NCBI RefSeq assembly: GCF_009914755.1
Contig: NC_060929.1
From: the human T2T-CHM13v2.0 reference genome, Homo sapiens
Direction: 5' to 3' (one strand)
Length of the DNA: 64,000 nt
Shown: in pieces, positions 56,683 through 64,000 of the stretch
How positions within the stretch are numbered: position 1 is the stretch's first letter
How the letters are laid out: each line of letters begins with the position of its first letter
Notes under the pieces: generated by a model
Seen by the model: only the letters and a program-made list of their open reading frames with translations
Told to the model about the DNA's origin: nothing
Databases searched by the model: none
Made by a program: the position numbers and the translations under genes

Positions 56683-57627
56683 AATATCATCAAAAGTGAT
56701 TTCTGTGGCCAGTGAATGCCAAGTCAGTAAAACGCATATTTGGAAATCAACCAACAGGAAATCCTGAAACTATATGTTGGTTTTCACTTTTTTTTTCTCC
56801 CTTGAGTTTGTTTTTAATCATCAGCTTTAATGTAATTTTTTCCTGGTGTACATAAACGGCACAAATGTTTGGTATCAATCCAATTTTTATGTGAAAACTG
56901 CAAACCCATGTACGGTACCCTCATCTCAAAAGAGAAGCACAAGACTGCATTTGACTGGTACAACCTTTCTGTGGATCCTCTGGTGGGAAATCTCTTTCAT
57001 TTTCACACTTTCCTATTGCCTAGGTTGTCCAGCTGGTTACTACCTCTCCTCTTCACCTGATTATACCTGATTACTGCTGACTCGATGGGCAGGGAGAGTC
57101 GCTGACTCCTGACAGAAAGACTCTGTCACCCCTTGTAAGTTACTGGGGATCCCTCTCTGAAGACTGCCTGCTTGTTCTCTGGGGACTAGTCCTTATTTCC
57201 CTTCTGGGATACAGAGGGGAAGGTTATTTGTATTAAGCAAACATCTCTGAGAAACAACCCTCTCTGCAACATAGAGACCACAAGGAAAAGTGCAACATTG
57301 AAAGAATAGGGACTATGAATTGTTTTGAGTAGACAGAAATTTCTGCAAATGTATCTCTATCTTTCGCTCTTAAAAAAAAAATCTACTTAGTGTAGAAAAA
57401 GCTTCCTTCTTGACTCCTAATCCCCACCTTCTCAATAATGTTTCGAGTGTATTCCTACAAATTTATTTTTTATATGCCTAATTTTTTAAAAACCAAAAAA
57501 AACCTGGATTTTTACTTCATGTATTTCTTTTAAAATTGTTTTTCAATTAATCTATAGTGGATATTTTATTTTTGTATCTATATATAGAGATCTAGTTTCT
57601 TTTAGTGACTGCATAGTACAGATCAGT

Positions 57628-57904
57628 GCTGTCTAAGAGAAATATAGTGCAAGGTTCAAATGCAAGTCACATATGCAATTTTATACATTCTAATAGCTAC
57701 ATTAAAAAGGTTAAAAAGGTGAAATTAATTTTAGTAATATATTTAGGCCAGTATACCCAGAATATTATTGCTGCTACATTCAATCAACATAAAAGTTAAT
57801 GAAATGTTTTTACCTTTTGTTTCATATCTTCAAAATCCAGTGTGTACTCAATTCAGACTAGCCTCATTTCAAGTGGTTAGTAGCTACTGTATTGGAGAGC
57901 ACAG
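57628..57904. mobile_element. MER3/MER33-type hAT MITE
   Basis: gtgctgtctaagagaaatatagtgcaag...actagcctcatttcaagtg...tagctactgtattggagagcacag. Confidence 0.65.
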
Positions 57905-58177
57905 GAAGAAATGTGTCCTGAAACTAGTTTCCTAATGAGGAACATTCCAATGCTTATTAATATGAACAATTAAACAAAAACATTCTTTTGACATATCTTG
58001 AGCACTTACAGCAGTGGTTTTCCAGGATGAATTCATAGAGGTGAAAAATGCTGGGCCAAAGGGACAGAACATATCCAATTTTAATAGAGTTGGCTCCAAA
58101 AAAGACTCAAAAAAGACACTCTCAACAACACTGTTGGAGGATCCATTTCCTCACAGACTCACCAATGATAGATATTC

Positions 58178-58453
58178 TTTTTTTTTTTTGAGACAGAGTC
58201 TCGCTCTGTCGCCCAGGCTAGAGTGCAGTGGTGTGATCTCGGCTCACTGCAAGTTCCGCCTCCTTGGTTCACACCATTTTCCTGCCTCAGCCTCCCGAGT
58301 AGCTGAGACTACAGGCGCCCATCACCTCCCCTGGCTAATTTTCTGTATTTTTAGTAGAGACAGGGTTTCACCGTGTTAGCCAGGATGGTCTCAATCTCCT
58401 GACCTCGTGATCCGCCTGCCTCGGCCTCCCAGAGTGCTGGAATTACAGGCGTG
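58178..58453 (-). mobile_element. AluY, 5' truncated
   Basis: Antisense; TSD CAATGAT(A/G)GA(T/C)ATTC at 58163-58177 and 58454-58468. Confidence 0.9.
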
Positions 58454-59260
58454 CAATGATGGACATTCTAATTATAGTTTTCCAATCTGATTGGTGAAAA
58501 TCTTACCATGGTTCGGTAAGTACTGGGATTGAAAACTGGAATTTCTTCTGTAGAATGCCTGTTGAGCTTGAATTTTTCCCTGGGTTAATTGAACCAGGTA
58601 CTAACCCTTCATTCTTGTGCCTAGGTTCTGGAGAATCCCCTCCTGTTTACATGAGGGAGCTCCTCACAATTACATCTGGGGACTGGAATCACAGCCCCTG
58701 TTCTTCAGCCCGGGGCAGGGAATGAGAGCAGTCCTCAAACTTTCGGTTTAATATGCAGAAATTGACACTGGTACAGACACTATCATTCCAAATTCCTCAT
58801 TTTTGTAAAGGTTAGCCAGAAACACAAGGTAACCATCTATTTTTTTGTGTGTTCTTTGGATATAAGATACATCTCTGCTACCAAGAAAGAGACTGCAACA
58901 AAGCACAGCTTTATTGGGAGTACATGTAAATGAGGAGACCTTAATTACCATAAAATCAATTTCCTTTGATTACTTCCCCAAAGCTCTAATTCTCAAACGT
59001 GAATTAAGAGTAATTTGAATAGAATGAATAGAATGTGTAAATAGACAACAACATGAGAAGGAAATTGAAGGTTGAATCTAGAAAAGAAATGGCTCAGGTT
59101 AAAAGGAAAAATGAGGAGAGTTAGAGGGGCAGAATCAGGAGCTTCTGTTTCATGATAGGTATGATTAGCCCTCCATGGACTTCCTCTCTTCTTCCCAGAG
59201 ACTCCTTTCCTTAACTAAGTTCTTTCTTTGAACCCTGGTGTGCTCTTCTAACCGTGTAAC

Positions 59261-60550
59261 TGTGTCCAGAATTGGTGTGTTCTTTGTCTCACTGACATCA
59301 AGAATGAAGCCACGGACCCTTGCGGTGAGTGTTACAGTTCTTAAAGATGGTGTGTCCAGAGTTTGTTCCTTCTGACGTTCGGACGTTTTTGGAGTTTCTT
59401 CCTTATGGTGCGTTTGTGGTCTCACTGGCTTCACGAGTGAAGCTGCAGACCTTCATGGTGAGTGTTACAGCTCATAAAGGCAGTGCAGACCCAAAGAGTG
59501 AGCAATAGCAAGATTTGTTGCAAAGAGCGAAAGAACAACGCTTCCACAGTGTGAAAGGGGACCTGAGCAGGTTGCCTGGGCAGCCTGCCTTTATTCCCTT
59601 ATCTGGCCCCGCCCACATCCTGCTGATTGGTCCATTTTACAGAGAGCTGATTGGTCCATTTTGACAGGGTGCTGATTGGTGCGTTTACAATCCCTGAGCT
59701 AGACACAGAGTGCTGATTGGTGCATTTACAGTCCTCTAGCTAGACATAAAAGTTCTCCAAGCCCCCACTAGATTAACTAGACACAGAGCACTGATTGGTG
59801 CATTTACAAACCTTGAGCTAGACACAGAGTGCTGATTGGTGCATATACAATCCTCCAGCTAGACATAAAAGTTCTCCAAGTCCCCACCTGACTCAGGAGC
59901 CCAGCTGGCTTTGCCTAGTGTAGCCGGCACCGGGGCCAAGGGCGGAGCTGCCCACTAGTGCTGTCAGGTAGCAGTCCCGCACCGCCCACCTGCACTCCTC
60001 AGCCTTTGGGCGGTCAATGGGACCGGGCCTTGGAGCAGGGGGTGGCGCCTGTCAGGGAGGCTCCAGCCTGCTGCTGGAGCACACCGCGGGGGGCTCGGGC
60101 ATGGCAGGCTGCAGGTCCCGAGCCCTGCCCCGTGGGGAGGCGGCTGAGGCCCCGCGAGAATTCAAGTGCGGCGCAGGCAGGACAGCAGTGCTGGGGGACC
60201 CAGCACACTCTCCGTAGCTGCTGGCCCGGGTGCTAAGCCCCTCACTGCCTGGGGCTGGTGGTGCTGGCCGGTCAGCCGATCTGAGTGTGGGGCCCGCGGA
60301 GCCCGTGCCCACCCGGAACTCGCGCTGGCCCACGAGCTCCACCACCCTGCAGCCCCGGTTCCCGTCCACGCCTCTCCCTCCACACCTCCCGGCAAGCAGG
60401 GGGAGCCGGCTCCAGCCTCGGCCAGCCCAGACAGGGGCTCCCGCAGTGCAGCGGGGGGCTGAAGGGCTCCTCAAATGTGGCCAGAGTGGGCAACATGGCA
60501 GAGGAGGCGCCAAGAGCGAGCAAGGGCTGCCAGCATGCTGTCACCTCTCG
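59261..60550 (-). mobile_element. LTR12 (ERV9) solo LTR, ~1.29 kb
   Basis: Termini match LTR12 ((T/C)GAGAGGTGACAGC ... CCAATTCTGGACACA on the minus strand). GC/CpG-rich U3, tandem CTGATTGG (CCAAT) repeats at 59620-59840, TSD TAAC at 59257-59260 and 60551-60554. Confidence 0.92.
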
Positions 60551-60579
60551 TAACTATATACATACACATACATATATAT

Positions 60580-60935
60580 TGTATTAGTCCATTCACACTG
60601 CTATAAAGAACTACCCAAGACTGGGTAATTTATAAAGGAAAGAGGTTTAATTGCCTCACAGTTCCGCAGGGCTGAGGAGGTCTCAGGAAACTTGCAATCA
60701 TGGCAGAAGGGGAAGCAAACATGTCCTTCACATGGAGGCAGGAAGGAGAAGTGAGAGCTGAGCAAAGTGGAAAGCACCTTATAAAACCATCAGATCTCAT
60801 GAGAACTCACTATCATGAGAATGGTATGGGGGAAAGTGCACCCATGATTCAATTATCTCCACCTGGTCCTGCCCTTGATATGTGGGGATTATTACAATTC
60901 ATGATGATTTTGGGTAGGGATGCAGCCAAAACTAT
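60580..60935 (-). mobile_element. THE1/MST-type MaLR solo LTR
   Basis: tgtattagtcc...ctgctataaagaactacccaagactgggtaatttataaaggaaagaggtttaattg...cagccaaa. Confidence 0.85.
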
Positions 60936-63682
60936 AATATATAATATATATTACATATTATATATATTATATATTTTATATATATACACACATAAATAGA
61001 GAGAGAAATAGATTTTAGAAATTGACAGTTTTGGTTTTTAATTTTCTTGCTTTTTAGGCCATTTATTTTAGATCCTGTGAATCCTACTGTCAATGTTGTG
61101 ACACCTGCAATGCCTGGGATGAAGCTGCCCATGTGGTGAGATGCAGCCTGTGGAAGCCTCTTTTCAGTGGAGTGAGAGCCAAGCCCCCTTGGCTTTTCAT
61201 AGACAATTGGTGAACGGGACAAGGAGACACTGTCCTTGGATGTCTGAAAAAAAAAGAAAAAGGTTGCAAAACATGTTGCCAATAAGAATGTTGTAGATGA
61301 AAGGCAGGATGAAGGAAAGTGGTCTTAATTTAAATTCTCTATTTTACTAAACCTACTCTTTAACAAATATGTTTATGTGAGGCATCAGAAGCAAATGTAT
61401 TTTGGCTTTTAAGAGAATTAAAATTGTTTCCCCTATTTTTTTATTTGTTTGCTTTGGTGGCTTTGTGACCAAAAAAATTGTTTTAATCCAAATAGCCACA
61501 ATAAATAAATAAGCAAATGAATAAAATTCCCAGGTCATTTGAGAGAAAAGATTAACTGAAAAGGTAAAGCATCTCCCCCTTTTTAGTTTCAGTTAATTAT
61601 AGTGTCAGGATGACTTTTTAACTTACCTGGCAATCTGGAACCTCATAGAGTCACTTGCGTTTTCAAAATTTCCATGTGAAAACATGATTGTGCCAAGTAC
61701 TCCCTATTAACTTTTAGACATCATCTATAAAATCACTACAGGAAAATATGGAAATATCTGAGAGATACACAGTGGATCGCCTCAGAATAAATCGTTCCCC
61801 AAATCATTTTATGACTGCCTGAGTCGGGACTCATGGGTCAGAGTAGAGTCATAGTTAAGGTTTGCAACTGGCTTAGTAGCAAGAGGGGATAAACAAACTA
61901 TCCAGGCTGTTGAACTGTCCAGTTTCGCTACAACTGTATTTACTTGTTGGGATCAACTGTTTTCTTTCCTATTAAGGTATTAGTAGCCACTGATAATGGA
62001 AGCCAGGGCCCGCTAGAAATAGACCAGAGGAAATTTCCTGACTCACTTGCATAACAACAGTTCATCAGCACTGAAGATATATGAAGTGTGACTGCAGAGT
62101 AATGGGAGTGATTAGGTTTCTCTGCACAACAAAACTCTTACATACAAATGAGCACTGTCCCCTTCAGGACAGTCCTCAGGGAACCCGTATGCTTATTCCG
62201 GTGTGTGATTGGTCTGGAAGCATTTTTGGATGCCCTCTGGACAGAAAGTGCTTTTGGACACTGTTAGTGGTGACAAAGTGTGTCCTTTGAGGATGGATTA
62301 GATTGTTGGAAATGATACAATGTATTCACAGTATACATCTGTTGTTTTTGTCTACCCAGAAGCCTCTGTCCAAACTTGTGGTTGGAGAGGCTGTATTTCT
62401 TCTGTCGTTCATTCTGTCTTTGAAGGCTCTCGAGGAGAAAATAGCTTTTAATATCTCTTGGGAAATGGCCACATTTTCCCCTGGCAATTGAACCCATGGC
62501 TTTCTTGAATGACTACTCCTCAACCAGGTCTAAGTTGTTTAGGTAGGCTGACTTGACCACCAGTTCCAGAGCACAGACATGTGACGAGCCTGGCCATAGT
62601 CATTGATTCAGGGATGGACACATGACTGAAACGGCATGCTGGCATTTAGTTCTGGTACTTGGATTTTAACTGTTGGGAGGAGAATTTCTCACTCTGCTAT
62701 GATATAAGCATGAAGCTACTGGCTTCCACTTGCTGCTACAAAGAGCCTGCTTAAAAATGGAGCCAACATAAAAGGAAGCAGATTTAAGACCTGAGCGATG
62801 AGAGCGTGCACATGTGTGTATATCCACATAATGAGACTAAGTCTTGATTTCTGCACCTTGATCCAGATATACCTGGAGCAGAAACTCTGCTGGGACTCTT
62901 TTGTATCATGAGCCAGTAACCTCCCTATTTGCCTAGTAGGTTGATTTGGGCTTCAATCTTGCAACCAAGTGAGTCCTGACTAAACCAGCAGAATGGAGCC
63001 AGGTAAGGTTCTTTCTCAAGAAGAGAAGAAGGAAGGTATCAAGACGTTTATGACAAATTTCTACTCAACACTGAGCACCTGCTAAGTGCTGGGCCTAATA
63101 GTCGAGATGCTGCAATGAACTAGTCCATTCAGGATGCTGAGGTGTTTCAGCCTAGAAGAGACTGCTTTTCTTCCTTTGCTCATGCAGACTCAGGGGGCCA
63201 TTCTCAAGGAGGAGTTAGTGACAGGAATGTCTTTGGCAAAGACAGCACTCTTGAGTGTGGTCAGAACATGTTATTTATTTCCCAAGATGATTAGTTTTTG
63301 AAGAAGACAACAAATAGTTGAGGCTATGAATTCTATCTCTGTAAAAATAGAGTTATGTTTTCCTCCTGTAGTCAGATCTCCTGTGGAACGTGAGTAAACA
63401 GGAATTTCTATGTATGGAGCAAGGACAGTATGGTTAGCACATAATACATGTGTTTATTTCAGAGCTGGGGAGGACTCCTGACCAGCGTGACACCTAACAT
63501 TGGAGTGAAGGGGCAGCAGGTGAGGAGAAAGTTAACCCTGCACCAGTCCTAACTCTAGTTTTCTCAGCAGCATTTCTGTTGCTTGAAGAAGGTCCTCCTC
63601 GTGTCAGCTTTTTTGGTCTTTTCTTAGGTTGAAAAGACTGGAATAATAAAATGGGGCTTTGCTCTGAAATGAGTAAGGTGGA

Positions 63683-64000
63683 TGATATGGTTTGGCTCTG
63701 TGTCCCCACCCAATTCTTATCTTGTAGCTCCCATAATTCCCCTGTGTTGTGGGAGGGACCCTGTGGGAGATAATTGAATCATGGGGGCAGGTCTTTCCCC
63801 TGCTGTTCTTGTGATAGTGAATAAGTCTCCCAAGAGCTGACGGTTTTAAAAATGGAAGTTTCTCTGCACAAGCTCTTTCTCTTTTCCTGCTACCATCTAT
63901 GTAAGATGTGACTTGTTCCTCCTTGCCTTCCACCGTGATTGTGAGACCTCTCCAGCCACGTGAAACGGTAAGTCCATTAAACCTCTTTCTTTTGTAAATT
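63683..64000 (+). mobile_element. THE1-type MaLR LTR (runs off the window end)
   Basis: TGATATGGTTTGGCTCTGTGTCCCCACCCAA start; ...aagtccattaaacctctttcttttgtaaatt. Confidence 0.88.

Noticed and set aside
59958-60587. CpG-island-like region with many ORFs, suggesting a gene promoter or first exon
   Set aside because: Explained by the LTR12 U3 region.

Overview
Human (or great-ape) genomic DNA, recognisable as the 3' end of LNPEP (IRAP/cystinyl aminopeptidase, chr5q15) on the + strand. It holds the last three coding exons, a ~9 kb terminal-exon 3' UTR, and ~52 kb of repeat-rich intergenic DNA (Alus, MIR/L2, Tigger, MaLR/ERV1 solo LTRs, an LTR12, and an old L1 split by a processed SET pseudogene). 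The most striking unexplained structure lies inside the LNPEP 3' UTR at ~7.03-10.5 kb: a degenerate tandem array of ~15 units, mostly ~200-260 nt. Most units carry a Pumilio response element (UGUAHAUA), followed by three repeated stem-loops, two of which show compensatory changes between units. This resembles the repeat-unit organisation of the PUM-sequestering lncRNA NORAD, but embedded in an mRNA 3' UTR that alternative polyadenylation could include or exclude. All repeat subfamily calls and structures were made by eye and need computational confirmation.
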